From the NCBI GenBank assembly GCA_002719095.1, contig PBGO01000024.1, positions 1-62,528 on the forward strand: DNA of 62,528 nt, written 5' to 3'. Below, piece by piece: positions 27,506-37,118 of the stretch (the first letter of the stretch is position 1; every line of letters begins with the position of its first letter). The notes below the pieces were generated by a model. The model was not told the origin of the DNA. It searched no databases and saw nothing but the letters and a program-made list of their open reading frames with translations. The position numbers and the translations under genes are program-made. This DNA comes from Fidelibacterota bacterium. GTDB lineage: Bacteria > Fidelibacterota > Marinisomatia > SCGC-AAA003-L08 > D37C17.

Positions 27506-29329
27506 TTAAAAACCTAATATTGAATAATATTTATCATATTCACTCAAAATATTCACAGCTTCCTTGTACTCAGAGTCAACATTTAATGCAGCTCCAATTC
27601 GTGCTCTTTCATTAACAATTATTCTTGAAAATTCTCTTTCTAAACCGTTCTTAATCCAAACTATATTTTCACTGTCTTTGAATTGTTTTTTCTTTTGCTT
27701 TTCAAAATATTTATTCATGCCCTTTACATACCATGAAAGTAGAAAATTATTATTTCTTGCAATATTAAAACCTGATTCATTAATTCCCAGATTATCTTTC
27801 ATTTTTGCTAAATCTCTTTCTCCAGGCAATTCGTAATCAAGTTCAGAATCCAGATTTTCGCAATATTTCTCAAATTCATTTAATATCTTTTTGTTAATTT
27901 TGAAATCTACGTTTGTAATGTTATTAACATTTATATATTGAGATGAAAATCTAAGGAAGAGTCCTTCCCTCCATAATGCTCTTATAAATGAAGGCTGGAT
28001 ATTAGGCTTTGTTTTTACATCGGGAGTTATTCCTCCCCCTCCATTTACTGGTCTTTTCATATTTAAGGTAGAAAATGTTGCATTATTTAAATTTGATTTC
28101 TTATTTCTACTATAATCCTCTTTTTGTATTAGTCTTCCAGATGGAATATAGTATTTAGCATTGGTAACCTTGAGAGATATTGTGTCATTTAATGTTCTTA
28201 CTTGCTGAACCAACCCTTTACCAAATGTAGTTCTCCCAATCACTATTCCACGATCTAAATCTTGAATTACTCCTGAAATAATCTCACTGGCAGAGGCAGA
28301 GCTATTATTAACTAGAACGGCTATAGGTATGTCTTCAGATAGTACTGGATCACTTGTAGATTTATATTTTCTAAGAATTTTTCCATCTCTCCCTTTAGTG
28401 TATAGCAATGGCTGACCTTTTCTGATAAGAGTATTAAGAATTTGAATTGCTTCACTTAGTAAGCCGCCAGAATTACCTCTAAGATCAATAATTAGCCCTT
28501 TTAACTGCCCATTTTTGTCATAAATTCCATTTTTGTTGCTATCATCATATTTCTCACCTGAATCCCATTCACCATTTTTATTTTTATCAGCATATCTCTC
28601 ACCAAAATCCCATTCACCATTTTTATTTTCATCAATATATTTCTCTTCCAAATCTCTAAAACCATTTCCATTATTATCATAAAAATTTTCGGCGTCAATT
28701 TCACTTAAGGCTTTAGAAAAATCTTCGAAAGTGTTTCTGGAAAATCTTGTTATCCTTATGTAACCAATTGAATTTTCGTCAATTTTCCAAAAAGGAACAT
28801 CTTTAACTGCGATGTTTGATCTTTTTAATTCAAATGTAAGGTATTTTTTTAATCCAGGTCGTCTAACTTTTAATTTTACAATTGAACCTAGCTCTCCTCT
28901 TATGATTTCAGAAGCTTGCCTAGTCGAAAAACCAATTGCTTGAATTGTATCAATTTTAATTATTTGATCGCCGGATATTATACCTTCGGAATAAGCTGGA
29001 CTATCTTCCATCGGTGAGAGAACAGTTAGTGTATCTCTTAGAGAACCTATTCTAATACCCACGCCACCATACTTGCCTTTAGTTAGCATATCTAATCGAT
29101 CTTTACTACTTCCTATAACAATTTTGGTATATGGATCAAGGTCATCAAGCATTCCTTTTAGTGATGATATAATTAAATCTGACTGATTTGTGGTGTCAAC
29201 ATAATCATTTTCCACGTATCTTAGTGTTTTATCAATTAATTTTTTGTATTCTAAAATTTCGTTTTTTTCTGATAAGACCATGCTTATTGAAAAAATAATA
29301 CAAATAAAATATTTAAACTTTAATATCAT
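27506..29329 (-). CDS. ctp: Carboxy-terminal processing (S41, tail-specific) peptidase with inserted Ca-loop-like repeats
   Basis: The ORF has a signal anchor, a PDZ block (GGVGIRIG, GDQIIKID) and the catalytic blocks IIDLRGNSGGLL, NNSSASASEIISGV and GRTTFGKGLVQ. The start is set at the second Met (MILKFKYF). Confidence 0.8.
   Translation of the reverse strand: MILKFKYFICIIFSISMVLSEKNEILEYKKLIDKTLRYVENDYVDTTNQSDLIISSLKGMLDDLDPYTKIVIGSSKDRLDMLTKGKYGGVGIRIGSLRDTLTVLSPMEDSPAYSEGIISGDQIIKIDTIQAIGFSTRQASEIIRGELGSIVKLKVRRPGLKKYLTFELKRSNIAVKDVPFWKIDENSIGYIRITRFSRNTFEDFSKALSEIDAENFYDNNGNGFRDLEEKYIDENKNGEWDFGERYADKNKNGEWDSGEKYDDSNKNGIYDKNGQLKGLIIDLRGNSGGLLSEAIQILNTLIRKGQPLLYTKGRDGKILRKYKSTSDPVLSEDIPIAVLVNNSSASASEIISGVIQDLDRGIVIGRTTFGKGLVQQVRTLNDTISLKVTNAKYYIPSGRLIQKEDYSRNKKSNLNNATFSTLNMKRPVNGGGGITPDVKTKPNIQPSFIRALWREGLFLRFSSQYINVNNITNVDFKINKKILNEFEKYCENLDSELDYELPGERDLAKMKDNLGINESGFNIARNNNFLLSWYVKGMNKYFEKQKKKQFKDSENIVWIKNGLEREFSRIIVNERARIGAALNVDSEYKEAVNILSEYDKYYSILGF
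28505..28685 (-). repeat. Four tandem DxNxNGxWDxGE-type coding repeats inside ctp
   Basis: The segment reads YDNNGNGFRDLEEKYID ENKNGEWDFGERYAD KNKNGEWDSGEKYDD SNKNGIYDKNG. The period is about 14-15 aa, and the nucleotide-level repeat aaaaatggtgaatgggat occurs twice. Confidence 0.8.
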
Positions 29330-29945
29330 AAATCTCCTTGAATTTAGACCAAATAAATTTGGATAATTCATCTAAACCATTTAAGGCGTCAATTTCAATT
29401 ATTCTTCTTGGATTTTCTTTTGCAATAATTTTGAAACCCTCACGAACTTTATTTAGGTATTTTTCACCTTTCTGTTCAATTCTGTCAGATTTATTTCCAG
29501 ATCTTCTAACTAAAGATTCCTCAACGGATATATCAAGAAAAAAAGTTTTGTAAGGCTCTAAACCAAAAGTTGCAAAATTTGAAAGTATTTTTAGATGTTT
29601 GATATCAAGACCAAATCCATATCCCTGGTAAGCAATAGTACTATCATTAAATCTATCAAAAATAACATATTCACCTTTATCTAATTTATTTTTTAATTTT
29701 TCAGTTATCAACTGATTTCTTGAAGCTAGAAATAACAATGTTTCTGCTTCACTACTGAGATTATAATTAGTTTTATCTAAAAGAAATCTTCTAATTTTTT
29801 CTGAGATAATTGTTCCGCCTGGCTCTCTAAAAACAGATACTTTTTCACCAATTTTAATTAATTTTTCGCATAGAAGATTAATCTGAGTAGTCTTTCCTGA
29901 GCCATCAATACCTTCAAATGAAATAAATTTTTTATTAGAATTCAT
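29313..29945 (-). CDS. tmk: Thymidylate kinase
   Basis: The P-loop ISFEGIDGSGKTTQ and DRF(N)DSTIAYQG are present. The start is set at MNSNKKF, overlapping the rsmI stop by 11 nt. Confidence 0.85.
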   Translation of the reverse strand: MNSNKKFISFEGIDGSGKTTQINLLCEKLIKIGEKVSVFREPGGTIISEKIRRFLLDKTNYNLSSEAETLLFLASRNQLITEKLKNKLDKGEYVIFDRFNDSTIAYQGYGFGLDIKHLKILSNFATFGLEPYKTFFLDISVEESLVRRSGNKSDRIEQKGEKYLNKVREGFKIIAKENPRRIIEIDALNGLDELSKFIWSKFKEIYDIKV

Positions 29946-30618
29946 AATCTTTTTTTGCAATGATAATAATATACTCACCACGTATTCTATTTACTTTTTC
30001 AAATTTTGAAATAATTTCATTTAATTTTCCTGTAAATACGTTTTCATTAATCTTAGTTATTTCTTTACAAACAGAAACAACCCTATTGCCAAGAATAAGT
30101 TCTAAATCTTTTAATGACTTTAACATTCTGTGGGGTGATTCAAGAAATATTATTGTTGAATCACTTTCCTTAAAGCTCTCGATTTTTTTCTTTCTACCTT
30201 TTTTCTTCGGTAAAAATCCCTCAAAAATAAATCTATCAGAAGGCAACCCAGATATACTTAGTGCAGCAATTGGAGAGCATGCACCAGGAACAGAAAAAAC
30301 ATTAAGACCGTTCTTTATGATTTTATTCACAAGCAGGTATCCTGGATCGCTTATGCAAGGAGTTCCAGCATCAGATACAAGAGCTATACTTTTCCCTTCA
30401 TTGATATTATTTACTATTTGATCAACTTTACTATTCTCATTAAATATATTAAAGCTAATCATAGAATTTGATATTTCATATTTCTTAAGTAGATTTCCCG
30501 TTATTCTAGTATCTTCTGCTACAATCAAATCTACTTTTGATAAGATTTCGACTGCTCTAAATGATAAGTCCTTAAGGTTCCCAATTGGTGTTGACACAAC
30601 AAATAAATTTCCAGACAT
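29935..30618 (-). CDS. rsmI: 16S rRNA (cytidine1402-2'-O)-methyltransferase
   Basis: LFVVSTPIGNLKDLSFRAVEIL, EDTR and VSDAGTPCISDPG form the tetrapyrrole-methylase fold blocks of RsmI. Confidence 0.85.
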   Translation of the reverse strand: MSGNLFVVSTPIGNLKDLSFRAVEILSKVDLIVAEDTRITGNLLKKYEISNSMISFNIFNENSKVDQIVNNINEGKSIALVSDAGTPCISDPGYLLVNKIIKNGLNVFSVPGACSPIAALSISGLPSDRFIFEGFLPKKKGRKKKIESFKESDSTIIFLESPHRMLKSLKDLELILGNRVVSVCKEITKINENVFTGKLNEIISKFEKVNRIRGEYIIIIAKKDYEF

Positions 30619-31976
30619 TAATTAAGAATTTCCTTAATTGATTTTTCTAAAAAATCAAAAGCTGTATCAATTTCATAGACATTGACCGTTAAATGTGGTC
30701 TAAATCGAATAGTGTAATCACCAGAAGATAAAATAAGAAGCTTATTCTTCATAGCTTGCGATATAAGTCTATCTCTCTCAGTTGATGATGGTAAATCAAA
30801 CGCGCAAAACAAGCCGCTACCTCTTCCGTTAGAAATATATCCTGGAAAAATATTTTCAAGATTGTTGATTTTTTTTAATAGATAATTGCCCATTTTCTCT
30901 GCATTTTCAATTAGCGACTCACGCTCAATTGTATCAAGAATTATTTTAAATCTAACCATATCGACTAAGCTTCCACCAAAGGTAGAATTTATTCTACTTG
31001 ATTCTGAAAATACATTATTATCAACTTCCTTAATCCGTTCCCCTGCTAAAATTCCACATACTTGAGTTTTCTTACCAAAGGATATAATGTCAGGAAAAGG
31101 AGCATTTTCAACTGGAGGATTACATTGGCAAAGTTTTGGTGTGAAATGCTGGTGTGCCCACATTTTTCCTGTTATCCCAATACCTGTTTGTACTTCATCA
31201 TAAATTAATAGGAATTCGTTCTCATCAGCTAATTTTCTTAATTTTTGGAAAAATCTGCATCTAAAATGATTATCTCCACCCTCTCCTTGAATTGGCTCAA
31301 TTATTAAGCCTGCAATTTGATTTTTGTTTTTTGCTATAGATTCTTTTATCTCAGATACTGCCAATTCTTCCTTAATCTTAACTCTTTCAATAACTTCATC
31401 AGTTTGAGGAAAAGACAAATATGGATTTTCAATTCTTGGCCAGTCAAATTTAGGAAAATACATAGTTTTTCTTGGATCTGATGTATTAGTTAAAGATAAA
31501 GTGTAACCCGTTCTACCATGAAAAGCTTGCTTAAAATGGATAATCTTCATGTCCTCATTAACTGGTATTCCTTTTTCAATATTCTTCCTAATTTTCCAGT
31601 CAAAAGCAACTTTTAAAGCATTTTCAACTGCTAAAGATCCTCCTTCAATGAAAAAAGTGTTTTTAAGGTACTTTGGTATTGCGATTCTATCAAATGTATC
31701 CATAAAATCAGCATATTGCGTACTATAAATATCGGAAAGAGTAGGTTTAAATAAAGATACTTCCATTAGTTTATCTTTTTGCTCTAAAATTGCAGGATGA
31801 TTATAACCAATCGCTCCTGATGCATACATTGAAAACATATCCAGGTATTCTGAACCGTCTCGTTCATCAACCAACCATGAATCATGTGATTTATTTAAAT
31901 CTATAACGGGTTCGAATCCATCAGCTAAAATATTTTTTGCTAATATTTTTCTTACTTCATTTGCTTTTACTGACAT
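30618..31976 (-). CDS. lat: L-lysine 6-transaminase (class III aminotransferase)
   Basis: There are long collinear matches to my memory of actinobacterial LAT: DLNKSHDSWLVDERDGSEYLDMF, FFIEGGSLAVENALKVAFDWK, FHGRTGYTLSLTNT, FPKFDWPRI, EPIQGEGGDNHF and IYDEVQTG. Confidence 0.8.
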   Translation of the reverse strand: MSVKANEVRKILAKNILADGFEPVIDLNKSHDSWLVDERDGSEYLDMFSMYASGAIGYNHPAILEQKDKLMEVSLFKPTLSDIYSTQYADFMDTFDRIAIPKYLKNTFFIEGGSLAVENALKVAFDWKIRKNIEKGIPVNEDMKIIHFKQAFHGRTGYTLSLTNTSDPRKTMYFPKFDWPRIENPYLSFPQTDEVIERVKIKEELAVSEIKESIAKNKNQIAGLIIEPIQGEGGDNHFRCRFFQKLRKLADENEFLLIYDEVQTGIGITGKMWAHQHFTPKLCQCNPPVENAPFPDIISFGKKTQVCGILAGERIKEVDNNVFSESSRINSTFGGSLVDMVRFKIILDTIERESLIENAEKMGNYLLKKINNLENIFPGYISNGRGSGLFCAFDLPSSTERDRLISQAMKNKLLILSSGDYTIRFRPHLTVNVYEIDTAFDFLEKSIKEILN

Positions 31977-31979
31977 AAT

Positions 31980-33497
31980 TTACTCCAAGTTAAATTTTAT
32001 ACCCTGTGCAAGTGGAAGATCTTTGCTCCAATTAATCGTGTTAGTTTGACGTCTCATATATGCTTTCCATGAATCAGATCCCGATTCTCTTCCTCCTCCA
32101 GTATCTTTCTCGCCTCCAAAAGCACCTCCAATTTCAGCTCCTGATGTGCCAATGTTTACATTTGCAATACCACAATCACTTCCGGCACTGGAAAGAAATT
32201 TTTCTGAATTTATTATATTATCTGTAAAAATTGATGATGATAAGCCTTGCTTAACATCATTATGTTTTTTGATGGCATCTTCTAAACTATCGTATTCAAT
32301 TACGTACAAAATTGGAGCAAATGTCTCATCCTGTACGATACTAAACTCGTTTTTTGCCTTGATTATTGTAGGTTCAACAAAACATCCTGTTTGATCTAGC
32401 ACGTTGCCACCATAAAGCACTTGACCTCCTTGCTTTACTGCTTTTGAAATTGCGATTTTATATGAATCTATAGCATCTTGGTCAATAACCGGACCCATTA
32501 AGGTATCTTTTTGGAGAGGATCTCCGATTTTAACTTGCTTGTAAGCGGAAACTAATTTGCTAGTTATAAGCTCAAACTGACTATTATGAATGAATACTCT
32601 TCTAGTTGATGTACACCTTTGGCCCGCTGTTCCAACAGCTCCAAAAACAATAGCTGGAATAACCAAATCTAAATTACTCTCTTTATCAACAATAATTGCA
32701 TTGTTTCCTCCAAGCTCAAGGATTGTCTTACCAAGTCTAGAGGCAACTTTCCTTGAAACAATTTTTCCCATTTTTGTTGATCCAGTAGCAGAAATCAAAG
32801 GGATTCTTTCATCATTAACAAGCTGTTCGCCAATTTCATTATCTTCGCCTATTACCAAGTTAAAAATACCTTCATAATTATTTATTTTTAGAACTTCGTT
32901 ACATATATTTTGAACAGCAATCGAACAAAGAGGAGTTTTGAGGGACGGTTTCCATATAACTACATCTCCACAAACTGCTGCAATAAAAGCATTCCATGCC
33001 CATACTGCCATTGGAAAATTAAATGCTGTTATCACTCCAACATTGCCCAAAGGATGCCATTGCTCATACATTCTGTGAAATGGTCTTTCAGAATGCATCG
33101 TGAGGCCGTAAAGTTGTCTTGATAATCCTACGGCAAAATCAGCCAGATCTATCATTTCTTGAACCTCTCCATCACCCTCTGATTTTATTTTTCCCATTTC
33201 TAAAGCAATCAAACTTCCAAGAACGTCCTTATTTTCTCTAAGTTTCAAAGATATTTGATATATTAAATCTCCTCTTTTAGGAGCTGGAATCATTCGCCAT
33301 TTTTCAAACGCTTTACTGGAAGATGATATAATTTTTTCATAAATAGATTTATCGGCTAATTGAATTTTTGATATCTCATTGCCTGAAGAAGGATTAATAG
33401 AAGAAATAACTTTGTTATTTTTGCAATCAAGCCATTCTCCCCCGCCAATACAGGCTCCACTGTTAATACTATTAATCTTTAAAGAATCAAGATTCAT
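31980..33497 (-). CDS. Alpha-aminoadipic semialdehyde / piperideine-6-carboxylate dehydrogenase (ALDH7 family)
   Basis: [53 protein letters not shown] closely follows the antiquitin/ALDH7 signature region. ELGGNNA and a catalytic Cys (GQRCTS) are also present. Confidence 0.85.
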   Translation of the reverse strand: MNLDSLKINSINSGACIGGGEWLDCKNNKVISSINPSSGNEISKIQLADKSIYEKIISSSSKAFEKWRMIPAPKRGDLIYQISLKLRENKDVLGSLIALEMGKIKSEGDGEVQEMIDLADFAVGLSRQLYGLTMHSERPFHRMYEQWHPLGNVGVITAFNFPMAVWAWNAFIAAVCGDVVIWKPSLKTPLCSIAVQNICNEVLKINNYEGIFNLVIGEDNEIGEQLVNDERIPLISATGSTKMGKIVSRKVASRLGKTILELGGNNAIIVDKESNLDLVIPAIVFGAVGTAGQRCTSTRRVFIHNSQFELITSKLVSAYKQVKIGDPLQKDTLMGPVIDQDAIDSYKIAISKAVKQGGQVLYGGNVLDQTGCFVEPTIIKAKNEFSIVQDETFAPILYVIEYDSLEDAIKKHNDVKQGLSSSIFTDNIINSEKFLSSAGSDCGIANVNIGTSGAEIGGAFGGEKDTGGGRESGSDSWKAYMRRQTNTINWSKDLPLAQGIKFNLE

Positions 33498-33508
33498 CGA
33501 TCCCCCCC

Positions 33509-34381
33509 TTATATTTTATCACTAATATTATTTTTATTTCTTTTAAATGTAAAATAACCTATCAATACTAAAATTACTACTATCATAGCACCGAAAGTTC
33601 CATAATAATAATCTTGAGTACTATATTTTATCAAATCATCAAACCTACCTATCAACAAAGAGATTCTTCCCATAACAGTAAACCCAAAAGAAGCACCGAA
33701 CGAAATCATGAGAAAATAAATACCTACTTTACTCACCTTACCTAAAGCCCCTTCATGCTTTTTCGAGAAGAAAAAATATACCAATGCACTAATAGTTCCA
33801 ACAATTAAAATTGTACTATTTAAAAAAGCAGAAAAACTTTCTAAAGACATGTCATTCTGAACACCTATAACTTGAGCTAATATATCTGAATTCAAATAAC
33901 TGAAAGCTCTCAAACCTGCAAATACGCCTACAATGTAAGCAATTGAATATCTTGCTAACCATGACAGGGAAGGTATTAACCTAAATAACATAAGCATTCC
34001 AAGTATGAGGGGGATTATGTAGCTAAAATATATTTTAGGTTCTGAAGGAGAAACATCTATTCCACCTGGAGATATCAAAGAAGGCTCTAAATAGCCAAAT
34101 AAAGTAGTGACATTAAAACCTAAATTATAAATTCCATACCATATATCAACTATAATGCTTGAATCACTTGAATCTGGCAACTTTGGCCATAGTTTGCCGA
34201 TTAAACTCGGTCTCAAAAATTGCCAATAAGCAAGAACTACTCCATAACCCGCCGAAACGCCAGCAAATAAATGTTCTGCAGCCTTATATAGTGGATTATC
34301 ATTGAATAAAAAACTAAGTATTGATAAAGTCAAAAAAGCTGATATCCATGCTGTGAGTATATCTGAACCAATCATTGTCAT
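33509..34381 (-). CDS. Unknown polytopic membrane protein (cluster member 7)
   Basis: 290 aa with about 7 hydrophobic segments. It overlaps the upstream gene by 4 nt. I recognise no family motif. Confidence 0.55.
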   Translation of the reverse strand: MTMIGSDILTAWISAFLTLSILSFLFNDNPLYKAAEHLFAGVSAGYGVVLAYWQFLRPSLIGKLWPKLPDSSDSSIIVDIWYGIYNLGFNVTTLFGYLEPSLISPGGIDVSPSEPKIYFSYIIPLILGMLMLFRLIPSLSWLARYSIAYIVGVFAGLRAFSYLNSDILAQVIGVQNDMSLESFSAFLNSTILIVGTISALVYFFFSKKHEGALGKVSKVGIYFLMISFGASFGFTVMGRISLLIGRFDDLIKYSTQDYYYGTFGAMIVVILVLIGYFTFKRNKNNISDKI

Positions 34382-35217
34382 TTACTACCGTCCCTGGCAT
34401 TAAGGAATATGTACGTTATATTTCCTATAATTATTAGGATTACAATTAATATGTGTGCAAAGGATTGTGGTGTCATATTTTTTGAAGCAGGACCATAAAC
34501 TCCATTAAGACTTTCATAACTCGCAGCTCCTGATAACCCAGCTAATATTCCTTGAAGCTGACCACTATTTACATATGGTAAAAGCTCAGTTACTTGAACT
34601 GCTGTTACACCAGTTGTAACTTTAATTTTTTTCCCATCACACTGTGTTGCACTCTGGTCTCCAGCAAATTGAACCCATTCTTTCGATCCAGGACTTCCGG
34701 CTGAAAAAGATACAATGAAGTCATAATCACATAAATTTTTAACTTTATTTTTTGCTTCAGGAAAAATCTTTGGAATATCTGAAAGCATACCTTTGATAAC
34801 TGCTTCTCCACCAGGTGCGTATCCAAGCTCAAAAATATTCTCATTTAAATTTATACCCAAGTCTTGCAATTCTGAATCGGACTTGATTTTATTAATTGTT
34901 TGAGTCATCATACCCATACCTGTTGGAAAAAGAGCTGATAAATGTACTTCGTTTCCTGATAACAAAACTTGTTTCATTATAGCAAATGACATTGGTCCCA
35001 ATTCAGGTTCGGTACTTGGTCCATAATCAAATGAAAGGAGTATTTTTTTATCTTTTTCATTAAATGTTTTTTCAATAGCTTTGTGAGCTGTTGCTGCATA
35101 TTCATCTGGTTCAATTGGTAATTGAATTTCTAAAAGCATAGGTGAAATGACTGCAACTGCTAAAAGCAAGTAGATTATTCGACTATCAATATTATTTAAA
35201 ATTTTTAATATATTCAT
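34378..35217 (-). CDS. Unknown bitopic protein: N-terminal TM, roughly 220-aa soluble domain, C-terminal TM (cluster member 6)
   Basis: The TM segments are IIYLLLAVAVISPML and HILIVILIIIGNITYIFL. The middle domain is hydrophilic. Confidence 0.55.
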   Translation of the reverse strand: MNILKILNNIDSRIIYLLLAVAVISPMLLEIQLPIEPDEYAATAHKAIEKTFNEKDKKILLSFDYGPSTEPELGPMSFAIMKQVLLSGNEVHLSALFPTGMGMMTQTINKIKSDSELQDLGINLNENIFELGYAPGGEAVIKGMLSDIPKIFPEAKNKVKNLCDYDFIVSFSAGSPGSKEWVQFAGDQSATQCDGKKIKVTTGVTAVQVTELLPYVNSGQLQGILAGLSGAASYESLNGVYGPASKNMTPQSFAHILIVILIIIGNITYIFLNARDGSK

Positions 35218-36021
35218 TTAATCGCCTAAAAATGATTTATCTTTTCCAAAAATTATTCTCAATGATGTTGCTACTATACCAAGGGCAACACCAATCATAA
35301 TAGCTTTCTTTCCCGCTACTGTTGGATAAGCAATTATCCACAAGGATATAGACTTTGAGCTCAATTCAGGGCTCCAAAAAAACATAGAAAAGCCTGAAAT
35401 AATTATTGTAATAATAAAAGATTTAATCAAAATATCTTTTGAAGTAAAAATGGGAGATAAGAACGCAAAAATTAGTGAAATTATAATGAAAACAAACATC
35501 CACGAGGGAATATATGATCCTACTGGAACTGCTCCAATCATGACTAATACACCAGCTGTTAGCAAAAGAGATGCTTCAAAGTTTCTAATCCTAAAAGCCC
35601 TGTAAGAAGCAGATGCAACAAAAAAAGCTAATAATGCAAACATTGTAGCGTCTAATGGTTTAAATAATGAATCAAACATCCAAGTGAAAAGTGAATTTGG
35701 ATCCTGTATGTGCTCTCCCCAGTTCTTTTGATTACCATTACCTCTGTACAAAAATCCAGAGAAAATCATTAGACCAAACCCTACAAGAAGTATCATACTG
35801 TATCCATAATCTGATTTTTTATAAACTAATTTGGTAAAATGCATTTTCAATAAATTAAAAGCACCTAAAAATATTGCAAATGCGGCTATAATATCGAACC
35901 ATAATAGTGAATCTTGTTCAACCCAATCTCCAACTGATTCAATTTTTATAAAATGTGCTATTAGTGTCAGTAACCCTATACTAACCATTATAATTACGGG
36001 AAGTTGACGTTTAAAAAACAT
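35218..36021 (-). CDS. Unknown polytopic membrane protein (cluster member 5)
   Basis: 267 aa with about 7-8 hydrophobic segments. It shares a loose ..YRAF/LRAF.. segment with member 7, so the two may be distant paralogues (weak). Confidence 0.55.
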   Translation of the reverse strand: MFFKRQLPVIIMVSIGLLTLIAHFIKIESVGDWVEQDSLLWFDIIAAFAIFLGAFNLLKMHFTKLVYKKSDYGYSMILLVGFGLMIFSGFLYRGNGNQKNWGEHIQDPNSLFTWMFDSLFKPLDATMFALLAFFVASASYRAFRIRNFEASLLLTAGVLVMIGAVPVGSYIPSWMFVFIIISLIFAFLSPIFTSKDILIKSFIITIIISGFSMFFWSPELSSKSISLWIIAYPTVAGKKAIMIGVALGIVATSLRIIFGKDKSFLGD

Positions 36022-36868
36022 ATATGCCCCAATAAGATAAAACTTTAAGTATCGAAAGTAATATTATAGAGATAATTATAATAAATTTGACTAAATCTTG
36101 TCCACGTACACTCCCCAGTAAGTCTTTCCTACCTGAAAGAATTGCACTGGCTGTTAAAAATTCTTCACCGATTAGCGTGTAGTCGCAGGCAGTTACAAAA
36201 AAAGGTATCTGGGATGAGGAACCTGTACCTGCTATTTGAATTGCACCAATTCTGTTTCCAGTTTCAGCTAATAATAGAGATTCTGCATAAAACTTACCTT
36301 GATAGATACATGCGGCGGGTTTCTCTCTTATCATTATTCCATTTATTCCAGCAGCATATGCAAATTGATCCTCTGCTAAATAATGCACCATGTCATTGTG
36401 ATAAAGATCTGGCCTACCCACTTGTAAATATGATTCCTTACAGATTTCTCGCGCTGCTTCCATCACGATTGATTTTGAAACGGGTACATTAAGATCTGTT
36501 TCATATTCGGCAGTAATTTTTGCTACATGCCCAAGAATATTAATACCCGCAATTGTTTCAACTTCATTCAAATCAAGTATTCCAGGAACAAACAATACTG
36601 GCTTTCCCATTTCTGTAGCTCTGCCAACAGCTTCTTCCATAGCTTTGATTCCGGCAATTTCCCTAATGAAAATCTCATTTCCAGACTCGGCCCAAAAGAC
36701 AGAAGTCATAAGTATATTTGAAACAACTATTAACAAAAAAAACATCGGCATATTATCTGATTTAAAAATCATATTTATCCAGTATATATCCAATATAAAA
36801 AACAAAGATATCAAAATACTTAAGGCAAAAGTTATCTGAACTTTTGAATTTCTAATCAGTTCAGTCAT
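36011..36868 (-). CDS. Unknown membrane protein: two N-terminal TMs, roughly 190-aa soluble domain, C-terminal TM (cluster member 4)
   Basis: The soluble core is REIAGIKAMEEAVGRATEMGKPVLFVPGILD...IQIAGTGSSSQIPFFVTACDYTLIGEEF. The start is set at MTELIRN, an 8-nt overlap with member 3. Confidence 0.55.
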   Translation of the reverse strand: MTELIRNSKVQITFALSILISLFFILDIYWINMIFKSDNMPMFFLLIVVSNILMTSVFWAESGNEIFIREIAGIKAMEEAVGRATEMGKPVLFVPGILDLNEVETIAGINILGHVAKITAEYETDLNVPVSKSIVMEAAREICKESYLQVGRPDLYHNDMVHYLAEDQFAYAAGINGIMIREKPAACIYQGKFYAESLLLAETGNRIGAIQIAGTGSSSQIPFFVTACDYTLIGEEFLTASAILSGRKDLLGSVRGQDLVKFIIIISIILLSILKVLSYWGIYVF

Positions 36869-37118
36869 TTTCAGAGCTCTCAATTTTAGTAATGAAATTT
36901 TCAACGTTATTTCGATCGGATAATAATTTTGATATCTGATAATATTTTTTCGAATTTAGAAAAATAGTAGCAAGTGGGCCCGCAACAATCATTGCCTGAC
37001 TAAAAGTAAAAGAAAGATATTTAAACATTTCAAGAAAAAAAACAGCTGGGACAGACATTCCTTTATCTTTAATTGTTTTTGCATAAGAATTCATAATATC
37101 AATATTATCGTTTTTCAT
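36861..37118 (-). CDS. Unknown small 2-TM protein (cluster member 3)
   Basis: 85 aa with hydrophobic VPAVFFLEMFKYLSFTFSQAMIVAGPLATIFL. Its start abuts the member 2 stop. Confidence 0.5.
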   Translation of the reverse strand: MKNDNIDIMNSYAKTIKDKGMSVPAVFFLEMFKYLSFTFSQAMIVAGPLATIFLNSKKYYQISKLLSDRNNVENFITKIESSEND

